DNA of 64,000 nt from Tubiluchus corallicola (taxonomy: Eukaryota > Animalia > Priapulida): assembly GCA_030141605.1 (NCBI GenBank), contig JAQGDQ010000090.1, positions 558,001-622,000 on the forward strand, written 5' to 3'. The stretch's first letter is position 1. Each line of letters begins with the position of its first letter. The notes under the pieces were generated by a model. That model did not search any database and was not told where the DNA came from. It worked only from the letters and a program-made list of their open reading frames with translations. Positions 11,883 to 24,830 of the stretch are shown here, piece after piece. The position numbers were made by a program, and so were the translations under genes.

Positions 11883-13861
11883 GTAAGTAATTTTAGTTAA
11901 TTCAACCTATATTTATTTATTGTGGATTAGCATAACAAACAATTCTGATAACAGTCTTTCCACGTGCAAGTGCGAAATGCAGGGTAAAAATAATAATAAT
12001 AAACGGGCATTAAAGTTCATCTAGAACTTCATGTGATTATAATAAAAAATAAGCGTGATGATTATAATAAACCTTGAAAAATGCTTAGAATGCTTGTACA
12101 CGGACATTTATACATTAATTTGCATTACCACCCTTTAATAATAAGTGTACATACTGTAAAAAGTATTGCGTAATTATTTTAAAGAAGAGGGATCACGTTG
12201 CACACTTAAATGGACTCACACAGGGTGAGTTGAAAATTTGAACGCAGTAGGTTCTTTTAAGGAATAGTCGCAATTACGACAAATAGTGAATTTCGGGTGC
12301 AAAAATGGACACGTTTTTAGATTTAATAATTTAGGTGATAGATGATTAAATAATTTAAATGGCGGCTGTGTCTTAAACGCTCGATAATACCTGCTTATCT
12401 TGCTTTCCTAAATGCACTTTTTGTGAATCTGTCTCATAGAAATCACACCACATTTTAAAATAACATTATCGTGGATTGGTGTCATTTTCAGTCCACAGAT
12501 GCAATCAAAAGAAGTTCACTAAAACGACTCGACATCTAAAATGTATGATTTCCAGTAAACGTTCAGCCAAATTTATATGTGATTTTGTATATTTCCAAAG
12601 TTCACAGAGTTTGCTTTAATAATTTCGTTTAAGCAGTAAGCGTTTTCGCTTGTGCACCAGTGTAAAAGAAAGTAATCTCAAAATGTCGAGTGCATCGATA
12701 TTCGAATTCGCAGCTGTTAATAGCTAACTCTTCGGCTCCATGTAATGACTCAGTCTATGTATATTTCTCTCCTTTTAATTTGTTATCCACAATTGCAACT
12801 TGTTATTGCTTGTGACGTAGAAACTATAGGAAGTCGATTTTAATATAAAATGCCATTTGTGCGAAAGAAGCCAAAACAAATGTTACATTAATCGCCTCGA
12901 GATATTTTCGGTATCTTTAAACTTTTGTTACATGTTGTATCGAATGTGAAGCGATAGTACCATACACGGTTGCTTTATTGTTATTTCACATTCTGCAATT
13001 TTCGCAATTTTCGTAAACCATTTATGAGTATTGCTTTTTCAGCCGACTGTATGGTTGTCTAGAAAACGAATTGCAGAGGTTATCTTATTTGGCTGGTAAT
13101 TCAAAGCCGCCTGGATTTTCTTTATTTTGTCAAAGTCAAAATAACTTCGTGATAATGGAAATAATTTTATCTCCTAAGATTCGGAAATGTCTTTGCTGCT
13201 TTGCGCAAAATTTCTTTCGATTCTGCACGTGTCGCTAATTAGTAGTAAATCGTCCATATCGATACTGTATTAATTCTAACTTCACATACACGAATGCAGT
13301 AAACGTAGAAGCTTTTATAGCTGATTCTGATTTCCGTTATTCCGACTAAGAACTACTACTAATCAAATATGCTTAGGGGTAATCAGAAAAATTAAAATAG
13401 CAGCTTTCATTTGCAATGAAATCATTAAGAAGGCGAAAAAAATAAGCATCAACCTAGGATTAGTGTGTCTATTATGACCGAAATAAGGTGTTCTTAAAAC
13501 TTATAAAATCTTGCAGATTAGTTCCACTTTTAAAATTTTCTAGAAAATTTTCTACCGTTGTATTAAATTTTGGCGGGAATGTTTAGGGTAGTACGTAGCA
13601 GGGAGTGACGCTTAAGGAAAGGCGCCTCTAGTTGCAACACAGTTACCTCCAAATTGACTTTACTCTGGCTGCGCATTCCACTTACTAATACTTTTATTGT
13701 TGAACATTTAAATACCATAGTACTTTCAGTTCTAAAACATTATAAGCATTTTTAAAAAATCCGAAACTAGCCTCCTGTCATTCTTTACCACACTGCCCCT
13801 CTTTACTACCTGTCCCTTTTTGCTCAGATTTATTACATTTGACAAAAAACTAGCACCATGT

Positions 13862-14160
13862 ACTGCAGCCTTGTGTTGAAGCAACAAGTCTAACTGAAGC
13901 CACATACTGAAAAAAGTCTACTGAAGCCGAATGCTGAAAATATACAAGCCTAGCCACAGCCACGCACTACTAAAAGACACCAGCCTAGATGACGGCATAT
14001 ATTAGAAATAAGCCTAACTGAGCCAATTTACTGAAAAATTAACGTAAGCCATATACCAAAAAAAAAGATTAGCTGAAGCCGTATACTGAAAAATACAAGT
14101 CTAGCTGAAACCATATAGCTGAAAAATTGAAGAACCTGACCGAAGACATATACTGAGAAA
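13862..14160. repeat. Degenerate minisatellite, unit about 28-33 bp, about 9-10 copies
   Basis: Consensus approximately AAG(T/C)CTA(A/G)CTGAAGCCA(C/T)ATACTGAAAAA. Confidence 0.75.
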
Positions 14161-15261
14161 TAGTAGAGTAAGCAGTGAGGCATTACTGTGCGGCTTATGG
14201 CACCCACAGCTATGAAATCATATTGATCTTTAATGACCACGTGCATTATTTTTACTTAAGGACTAAAAACTCTAAACATGGCCGCAAGAATCTGCCGTGT
14301 TTTACTTTGTCCTATAAATCCTATAAGTTCTAGCGGTCTACAGGCTAGAAAACTTGTCTCTTTGTACCAATAGATGATTTTTAGCATTAAAATGTGTGGT
14401 CTTTTTCGTTATTTTATACCTAATGAGCCACATGCATTATTATTGGGAGAAAATTCACGATACAATACTTTCTAGGTAAAAAGTCAAAATGTGATCGTAT
14501 TTCTAAACAAGTAGGATAACGCGGTTTTGAAAATTCCCCAATTATTACAGGCGATCTGGCTTTATAACGGGGATAAACGGCTTTTGCGAGCACGAATAAA
14601 AAAATCGTTTGTTTCGTGCCTTAAACGGGAAGTGGCGTTACAAGACTGACGGAGAGCACTTTTCTATGTTTGCCTTGTCTGTGACAACAAATAATTCCTG
14701 TAATGAGCTTACATATGGCTCTGGTGTGTACAAGGAACAGCATAGAGTGCTCGGAAATAGCATTATTAATATTTTATTAGCGCAACATGGCAGATTGGCA
14801 ATTTTACGGATGAAGCGTATCGCATTTCGCAAAGAATGAAATCGTGGCGATAACTAATTAATTGGGAATAACTATAATTAGTTTAGTTGTTTGACAACGA
14901 GCTCTTATTTCTGGGATGGGAGGACAAGTCTTAATCAGGCAAGCCAATCCCTGGCATAATGAGTAACAACTGTTAACAGTACCTATGTTTTATTGGCCTG
15001 GTATATTTTGCTTGGCATGTAGCAATTTATAACGTCTCGGGGTTGTTAACACCAAGTTCGTCAACTGTAAATTCCAAAAGCTTCAATGGAAAATGTACCA
15101 TGTTATGTAAACAATACAATAATAGCTATCATAATTCTGTCACTAGTAAACCTTCACCTGGTATTACCTTCTTTTTTGTTTTTCCTGGATGTGGCATCGG
15201 CTGATTTTTGTGTGTATTACTGGGTCTTGGTTTGGCACTAAAGTCAGGAAAGCGTTATGCG

Positions 15262-15638
15262 TTAAGTGGCGTTTACCTGGCATCCTGAATGCGTTTTGCG
15301 TTAAGTGGCGTTTACCTGTCATCCTGAAAACGTCATGCGTCAAGTGGCGTTTACCTGGCATCCTGAATGCGTTATGGGCTAAGTGGCGTTTACCTGGCAT
15401 CCTGAATGCGTCGTGCGTCAAGTGGCGTTTACCCGGCATTTGGAATGCGTATGCGTTATGCGTATGAGGAATAAATAAAATCGGTTAATACTGTTTTTAA
15501 CGCACCCGTTCGTCACTTCTGCATTATGCATTATTTTTTCTGCGGCTATTTCCTATTGATATTTTATACGCAGGTATTCTGCAGATGGATAACGCATAAC
15601 GCATAGCGCATTCCGGATGCCAGGTAAACGCCACTTAA
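15262..15638. mobile_element. MITE (about 220 bp, 15418-15638) whose left TIR is tandemly amplified into a 5 x 39-bp array
   Basis: Units start at 15262, 15301, 15340, 15379 and 15418 (TTAAGTGGCGTTTACCTGGCATCCTGAATGCG...). The inverted copy CGCATTCCGGATGCCAGGTAAACGCCACTTAA ends at 15638. A second family member lies at 19754-19946. Confidence 0.85.
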
Positions 15639-18600
15639 TTCTGTGTAAGGGATGTTTTAGCATATTTGTATATTTGAGATACTAATCCTGTCTCTGTCTG
15701 ATTGACTGTAAAACGGAAACACTTTGTCAGGTGATTTGAGTGGAGAAAACACAATAAAAAGTAAAATATCATACCTGCTATAATTCTAAACAGTTACCGA
15801 AGAGAAACCCTACAATCTATTGTGCGTCACTTTGCATATAAATCGAGACTTTTACAAACAATGCCAGCGCAGCAGCTGTAGGCCCACAGCTTCTGTATAT
15901 GTTCTTGCAGAAATCAATGTGTAACCTGCTTTATACATATGAACCCTGCGGGTCTAGCTTATACACAAGACTGCTAAACATCGCAAGCAAAAATTGATTG
16001 AGAACAAAGAATTTGTTGTTTTCTCGATTGCAAGTTTAAAGAAGGACGTTGAAGAAATTGACTTGATTTTAGGCTTGAAAGTTACGCCGTCGTGATCTCG
16101 TTAGGATTACCGTGTCTTTAGATCTTTCGACTGAAAAGAATTTTTTAAAAGCAAGCTTAGCTGATTGAAGAAATAACTAGCTAGCAGTTAAGACTTTAAC
16201 AAAAACTTAGCAGTGTCCTAAATGGTTAGTTAGAAGGTGATGGGTTCCTAGCGACCAAAGATAAGCGGCACTTACCTGGCCTGTAAGGGCACGGGTGGGT
16301 GCAGGATAAATTGCCTTTATAGGAGTTTCATTCTACCATTCTCTTCTCTTACTGAGGGAAAATTGTCAAGTTCGATACTGACGGAGTTTATATTCCATAT
16401 TGTACAGCGAGTTTAAAGATCTCTTATACATAAACACTTCCTTTTATGCAGTTATACGATAAAGTAGCAAGATGATATCTGCACAAATGACTCTTGCAGA
16501 AAAGGAGAACTGAATACAAAAGAATTTCACTAATACCCTGTTATGTGCTGCTGCAAAACTATCCAAAACATACCATAAGTCTCTGCAACCAAGAAATGGA
16601 GTTAACTTCTAACCTCAATTCAATCTAATCTAATTTAACCTCACTTAAGTCCATCTCTCGATATTTAAAGAATGATATCAAAATCATCCTTTTTGTCATC
16701 AGAAATAATATTTTAATAATAATATCGCCAGGTATTTTTCCTTACTTGTTTTTTAATGAACACATTATTGTATTAGATATCGTAAAATCGTAAAAATAAT
16801 ACAATACCTTATATGGTAGTGTAATAATCAGTAGTATAATTCAATACCCACTCAGTTGTGTCAGTAACGGTTTATTCTCAAAATACTTAATGATGGTTTA
16901 TAAAAGTAAATGTTGAGATTATTTTAACGTTCAATTAGTTCCAAATTTTTTGAAGTATCAGTCTAAAACATTTAGCGGCAGAAATTAACATGTACAGTCA
17001 TATGCTGTAGGACCTTTTGTTGTTTAGCCGATAAGTGAGTGATTAGATATCGTATGATAGCTTTGCAAATGCTGCAGCTATAGAGTTACTAGACCGACTT
17101 CTTTCAACAAACTACTTAATTATGATTTCACGTTCACCGCTAACCCATTTAATATAAACCAGACCGTTTGGAAAGTTGGTTGGAACCCGATTCCCCTTAC
17201 CATAGTATTGCACTTTTCTATTTCCGGGGCAATTTTTATCCGGATGTCACCTTGACATAAGTCTGTTAAACCTGCGTGAACATTACTATCGAAAAAAAAT
17301 TTTAATTGGTTTAACGAAAACAGAAGAAATCATTGGATAAGCAAAATTATTTTTTTCAAAAGAGGTCTGAAATTTTTGATTAATTTAGAGGTGCGTGTTT
17401 GAAGAATAGGCCATTTTTAAGAAAACAGAACTTAATGATCTTTTACCCATTTTTAATGCGTGTACTTTCGCACTTAATGACTGCACAACTAAAACGGATC
17501 TCTTTACAATCGATATGATAACGTTAGTTTCCCCAGACACTTCTAATATAAAGCTGCTCTTATATTGCTCCTATACTTAACATGAGCTGAACCGGTATTC
17601 CTGTTTTTACATGCCTTAAGCGTATATAATTGGCAAATGTTACATACGTACTACAAGATGGCATAATTGGAGCAATTCCAAAGCAAGCTTCCTTCGCTCT
17701 GCTCGTATGCAAATGTATGCAGTCTGTGCCACCTCCTGGAATATAGGCTAATGAAGCCAAGTTCCTATGTTGCTTACACACGTGTCAGGGGAAACCAAAA
17801 TCTTTCCAAATAAACAACTGCCTCACGTCCGAACAGCTTTGCTGCTCAAAATATTGACTGCAGCATGGGCAGGAGATGACGTTTCCAGCCCTTATACTAA
17901 CAGTAGCTTACACTCAATAACAATGGCTTATGGTCAATATTAACGTTTATGTCTAGTAACAATGACTTACACCCAAAAACAATGGTTATTGACAAACCGT
18001 GTGCCAAAACTGCTGTAAGTATCAAAAGAAGACTAATTTCTTGTTAGTACATGCAGTGGTGCAGTGGTCAGCTTTTGATAGTGGTAAGTTGTTTTTTATA
18101 CATTCTGCAAGTCAGTAACAAGCACAGTAGCAAGGCGTATTTCAAACAGATGGTTGTAATCCTCTAAGATGAGACACCGGCAAAAAAATGATAACCACAT
18201 TCGGCTGAGAATACATCTTCCTAAAACAAGTGAAATAGTCAGGGTAACATGTGGCAGATGAAACGCCCAGAAGTAATTTTCTCAGTGGTCGTCCATCCTC
18301 ATCCATTTGTTGAACAGGCTGTGTACTCCATAACGTTGGCCACTAAGCACAAACCTCAACCATTATAAGCTTATGTTAGAGAATTACTTTTCTTAAACTT
18401 GGAAACCTATGTTAAACATTTACAGACCGGTGATTCGATTCGCCCGTTCTTTTAATTCTTGCGGGGTGAAGCTCAGTGTCTACTGTGATGTTATCTCTTT
18501 GGCGGTTCATTTCTGCATAAACGCTAAGCGCATCATTTACGCCGTCGTCTTACAGGAAAGTTTTTGTAGATTTTATCAAACTAAGTTAAACAAAACCTCT

Positions 18601-19270
18601 GCTTATGTGCGGTAACATTTCGACATGTTTTCCTTTATTTGCAATTACTAGACAGTTTAAGCTAAAATGATTTTTAGAGCTTGTATATAGCAACCAATTT
18701 CAAAGCTTCGCCGTTCCACTTGTCCAAAGTCAAGAGAAGCCATTGCGAGTCAAGAGAAGAATGTAAGACGTGAAGCCATCGTAACTTGAAGACGTGTATC
18801 CAATCTTATTCGGCAGCAAATCGTTATACGATTTAACGTAATGGCAGATTTGGTGCCACGTTCAAGTATAACAGCATTAAAATTGATTTGAGTCAACGAA
18901 CAAGCAGACGATCGCATTCTTGGAATAGTTTCCGTTTATAATGCTCAAGATTATGGTACTGCTACATTTAGGAGTACTTGACATGGTAGATAATAGTTGT
19001 TTTAAGGTTTCAAAAAAGGGAAATTGTTGCAGCTTGGAACTTTGATTACATAATAACTTAGCCTTATCAGCAGATTTGTTAAAATTTTGATTACTGAGGT
19101 TTAATTAATAAAGTTTTATAAATAAATGAATAAAATAGATGCTTTAATTTAGCACATCGATTAAATTTAACAACACTAACATTGACAAGTGACAAGTAAC
19201 ATTCAAAAGTTGATTTCAAAAGCTGTTAAGAACTAGTCGTTTCGATTACTGCCTGTGACGAAAATTCCTC

Positions 19271-19276
<6 letters not shown>

Positions 19277-19339
<63 letters not shown>
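19277..19339. repeat. (AG)n microsatellite
   Basis: Pure AG run. Confidence 0.95.
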
Positions 19340-19342
<3 letters not shown>

Positions 19343-19753
19343 ACAATGACCGGTGAGATATAAATAATAAATTCAGTTATTAGGACAAAGTTGCAACAGA
19401 TCAACAATAGTGGTGTCTAGGGCTGAATTCATTGCACATTAATATACATTAAATATTCCACCATGCTAGTTGTGTGACCATGTGTCTGACTTTTCACTGT
19501 GGAAGTGCTATAGTGAGTGCAATGTGTTCAATCAATATAGGTGTGCTAATGGCTTATATGGGAAAGCCTTATGCATGCGTAATGCATGGTAATTATAACA
19601 ACAATGTTAAATCATCCGCGACCCTGATACACATTGGCTTCTGTGTTCACAGCTTTCTCGGTCAGCAGCTGGTAAGACCCGAGATTTGTAGAGAAGCGTT
19701 GCTTAAAATTCTTATCGTCAGTTTTTATCTTGCCAGAATAAAGTAGCAGACAA

Positions 19754-19946
19754 CCGGAATGCGTATGTGTTATGAGGATGCGGAAAGGATAAAATTGGCT
19801 GATTTTGTTTTCAGTGCACCCGTTTATGAGTCATACGTTGTGCGTTATTTTTTCTGCAGCTATTTCTTAATGATTTTTTTATACGCAGCTATTCTGCGGG
19901 TAAATAACGCATAACGCATTCCGGATGTCTGGTAAAAGCCACTTAA
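19754..19946. mobile_element. Second, left-truncated copy of the 15418-15638 MITE
   Basis: Shares the internal blocks GCACCCGTT...TTATTTTTTCTGC(A/G)GCTATTTC...ATACGCAG(C/G)TATTCTGC and the right TIR ATAACGCATTCCGGATGTCTGGTAAAAGCCACTTAA. Confidence 0.85.
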
Positions 19947-22201
19947 CGCAGACAAGCCAGTACAGTGCGCAGTGTTTTAAGCTTCTTAAACGGCTGCTTT
20001 TGGTTGCCTATTGCGATTCAGAGCTTCACAGTAATGGTCCTGTCAAAAATTTGACAATGGGAATAGTTAACAACTGAATAAACAATTGGAAAAACAGGCA
20101 AAGTAAATTATAATGAAAACATTTCAAGCAACATCAAAATTTAGCTATCTCGATTGAAATTACTTCAATATTAATTAACCCAGAGGGTAACGAATATTCT
20201 AGTTGAAGTTATATTGGAGTTGCTATTGCGAGCTAAGTTGGTTCATGAGTGTGACACATGTAAAAAAACGCAATAAAGGTTTGCCAGAGCCACATGGCGA
20301 AGAAAGGACAAGATCAGTTGTACGCAGAGATCTATATTAGATATAGATGTATTAGATCAGATATGTATCTGTATTTGCTGTATCAGCTAATGATGGGCAA
20401 TGCTTGAAATCGATGCGCTTATTTAATACATTTTTAGATTAGCTTTAGCTTATGCTTAAAATATTTGTAACAACAAAGTATAGAATTTTGTTACAATTTG
20501 CAGGCTAACGCTAAAACTATGCTAAGTTGAACGAAATGCATCTGTTTTCATATTACTACTTCGGCCCCGGTGAGGAACCTCATAGTACTCCTGTGATAGC
20601 GCCCCATCTTCGTGCACTATCGGACGTATTACCGTCCAAGCTTGATCTTTTATTTTGAATGCCTGCGCAAGCCAAATAAACACTGTTTTATTTTTATTCT
20701 TAACAATTAGATTAATATTAATATTTTGCGATATTATAGTACTGAGGTTATTTGAACTTAAAATACTTCTTTAAGAGATGAAGAGATGAAGCAGTTAGTT
20801 TTGCATATGTACAGCTGTGAAATCGGCGCAGTTAACCTAGTTATGTTAACGCATACTTGCCTCTCATTGGTTATTTTAAAAATGCATAAACACAGGTGAT
20901 TCCTACAGGTCGTGGAGAAGTGAATTTCTCGATCTAACTAGACAGTTGTGACTTGATTTTTGAGCATATCGTAACGTGTGGCAAACACGTCTAAAGTGTC
21001 TGTCCACACTGCTCAGTTCGAACATCTCTAACGAGATTAACTGAGATGTTTTGATTTATACTATTGTGGAACTTCCTCAAATGATATAAACGGAGTAGAA
21101 ACGGCTTGTTAATATGGTCAATGGAATACGGAACTTAATCTAGACTTGTATTGGCGAGACTCCCAGCAAGTTGGCAGATGGAGTCAAGCAAGCTATATCG
21201 TCGTATCACGAGGAAGCTGTAGCTACCGTGTCAGTGGTGAGGCGAAGAGGTGTCGATCCGTGAGGTGAGCTGCCAGCAGCTGTCGGAACTTGGTGGAGTC
21301 GAATGACGGATGGTATGGTATGAATCGTAACGCATGGAATGGAACGGAATGTTGCAGATACGTTTACAAAGTCTAGTGATGAAACCATCATCATGGAATG
21401 GAAATGGAATAGTGACGCAGTTAATGCCAGGACTGGAACTCCGACATGGTAAACCCGGTACCGGTATGCTTGTAGCCTCATATACACTTGTACAGTTTTG
21501 CTTCAATGATCTGTGCACAGTTTTTTTCATGCATATTATATTTGTAATTAAATAAAGCAATTGAATTTAATGCCCAGTTTATTTAGACTAATAGAGATTG
21601 TCAATTTCTTCTAAATGTTACATCACAACAGTGACGACGTTACACGTTAGGGAAATAACACAGAACCCTTAACACGTGATTTAGGAAGGGTCGTCACAAC
21701 TCCCTTAGATACCTGGCTGGATAATAGGAACATCATTGCAGTTTTTTGAATGTTTGCACTTTTTACAAGCATTAGGTCATGTGAGTTCATTGAATTGGTG
21801 CGGTTTACCCACACGAAGTAAATAGTATCTGCTTAGAGGCTCCCACTGCACTGATCAGTATCAGCGCTACACAAACTGCGTGAAAGCGCCTTTACTCAAC
21901 GTGAGCATATTTTTTACCAATCACCGTGCACCACTTAAGGAACAGCAATATCAATGAAATATGCAACATCAGCGTGTAGCACAACACAATTAATTTTATT
22001 GATGTTAGGCAGAATCACGATTATTATGACTGTAGTAACTCACAACACGAAAATTAAAAGAACCGGGTTAAAAGTGTGATGAAATCAAAACGCAATTATG
22101 GATTTACGATATTGCTTGTAATTTCAGTGAGTTATGAAAATAGTTACTGATGTGTGGGATACTTAATGTCTTGTACGAGTTTGTCTGTATGCCAGTCTCC
22201 A

Positions 22202-22204
22202 CTC

Positions 22205-22256
<52 letters not shown>

Positions 22257-22316
22257 CTCTTTCTCCCTCCCCCCTCTCTCGCTCGCTCTCTTTCTGTCTC
22301 TTTTTCTTTCTCTCTT
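22202..22316. repeat. (CT)n microsatellite and pyrimidine tract
   Basis: Interrupted CT run; it generates the spurious SL/ER ORFs here. Confidence 0.93.
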
Positions 22317-24668
22317 TGTTTATACCTATCAACACGTTTGTGTTTGTGTTCCGGTGCCTGGTGGTTCTTCAAGCATGGCTAACCTATTCCTCTGGTATGT
22401 TTCGATTTATTTGCTTTTCCTTCATTGTTTCACTGTTCACTGACCAACAAACACCTCCCTGCTCTTTCTTAGAGTTTTTGTCCTATTATCTATTTGTACG
22501 TCGTTTTACTCATATAAAATGTTCACTTTAAACACTTAGCCTACACATTGAAATTGAAGGATGCACAATGACATGATGATTACAGGCCTATACAAGACCT
22601 GCTCGCACTGCATATTAATATCCTCTAAGGCATTTTGTCTTTCCGAGCGTTGTATAATTTGCGCATTACACCACTAATGCAAACTTGTTACATATAACAT
22701 TACTATAACAGGCTGACCTATTACCGCGGCGCTGAATATTACATTTCAAGCAGTCTAGCTCTTTGCCTGTGAGATACAAGAATCCCCCACTCAATCAAGT
22801 AGCACGATTACTCGTTAGAGAAATGATCTATGCAAGCCCTAAGAATGTTAGCCAAAAGTTTTCACATGATTTCGTAATAATGACACCACTCATTTATTAG
22901 GGGCTGCGCATTGTTACTCGTGTTTTTGTTTTGTTTGATTGGCTGACTATTTGTTTGTTTACTTGCTTGATCGATTGCTTTATTCGTCCGTTCGTTCATT
23001 TCTTCTTTCATTCGTTTGTTCATTCGTTCGTTCGTTCGTTCGTTCAAACGTTCATTTGCTCGTAATGTTTGGTGGGTTCTTCCCATAACTGCCAAAGAAA
23101 GCTCATCTGACACTTCAAAATTTAGATGACAAACATTTACATACCCTCTGCACAATTTTATGATTATATAGCGCAGCAGAAATTGACTGCGAAGACAGAA
23201 AAATGAGTACTTACTGTAACTTTAACTGACTACTAGGTGCCCCTTGCAAGAGAATGTAAACTTTTATAGAAATTTATAATGATCATTAAAATTAAATTGA
23301 ACATTGAATACATCTGCTAATATCATCACTTAAAACAATTAAAAATGCTTAAGGAACTTCGTGAAATCGCGTGCAGGCTGCCTTTTGAAGTTTTTGTCGA
23401 ATATTAAATACATATTGATTTCACCATTGAACATTTTGTTGTAAAATATAAAAACTTGAACATTTTTCAACTTACTTTTCACCTGCAAACAGGTTGCCAT
23501 CGTACAATGTACAACACTGTTGTTAAGCTGCTGTAGACAGCGTTTCGGGCAATCGTCCACGGATTACAGTTAAATAACGTCACTCGTACTCTGACAGCGG
23601 CACTAGGCATACTTTACCAAGTTTAATAACAATTAACCAATCAAAAATAGTTTAAGCTATTATACCGTGTATCAGATTACTTGTGTCATTCTCATACTAC
23701 AAAATTAAACCTTTCATTTTAGCAAATTGTTTCAGTCAAAAATAAATAAACAAACAAATTTTATTAGGTTCTTAGTATCGAACACAAGGGAACGCATAGG
23801 CAAGTACAGGATGTTTAGGGATTCAGAACATATTTATTATTCGTATATAATGCATATATACACGCCTCAGCTCATGGCAAATTTTGTCTCATTTCTACTT
23901 GCAGGCTCGTGAAACGGCTAATAAAGCGGATTCTATAAGCTTTATTGAGTAGACAGCCTGAGGCTTTGAATAATATTTTGATTGCAGAAATCCACACATA
24001 AGGGGAAATTGATTTCTGAAAATGTTAGTATTTGGTAGATTTTTAGTAAACTTACATAAATAGTGTGACAAAAATCGGGAACGAAACAGTCCTTAGGATC
24101 ATTTGAAGTTCACTCGCTCATTTAACCCTTTGGTGGTTTGGTTTTTTCCTTTCTACAAGAGAGCTTGACTGTTCCCTAATTTAAATGATTTGTGACATTT
24201 CCCTTTCATTATATTGGTATCTTTCTGCTAACGATTGGTTGGTATGCACATCGTTAGTTTACTAAACGTAGTATTAGGTGCACCCCTTCAAGCTGAAAAC
24301 TTGTTCTTAGAGTTGACTAGAGAGTATAGGTGATATGACTTGAAATTTTATATTTTTAAACAGGAAAACATTTAACAGTATACATTTTATGAAGTACAAG
24401 AAGGCTGATATCATTGGTTCAATTAGTCACAATAGTCGAACAGTCAAGTAACTTAACCACTTCATACAAACTTTGTTACAACTGATAATGTAATAAACGT
24501 CCGATATTGTAACACAAAAAAATCAACGCACAATGTAATAAAAATTAGCACATGAAATAATAACTAACAGATAATGTGATAAAAAACTAACGTATAAACG
24601 CGTAATGCATTAATCCGAAGTTTAACGCGTATTGTAACACCACAGAAACTCGTAATAATACTAATGCT

Positions 24669-24760
24669 AATACTACTACCACTACCACTACCACTACCAC
24701 TACCACTACCACCACTACCACCAGTACCACCAGTACCACCAGTACTACCAGTACTACCAG

Positions 24761-24827
<67 letters not shown>
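24669..24827. repeat. Compound trinucleotide microsatellite (ACC/ACT/AGT, then ACT, then AAT)
   Basis: Graded array of ACCACT and ACCAGT units followed by (ACT)n and (AAT)n. Confidence 0.92.

Positions 24828-24830
<3 letters not shown>

Noticed and set aside
15164-15467. Repetitive ORFs (MPGKRHLTHDAFR)n on both strands, or a CRISPR-like array
   Set aside because: The units are contiguous 39-bp repeats with no unique spacers and derive from a MITE TIR. The frames stay open only because 39 is a multiple of 3.
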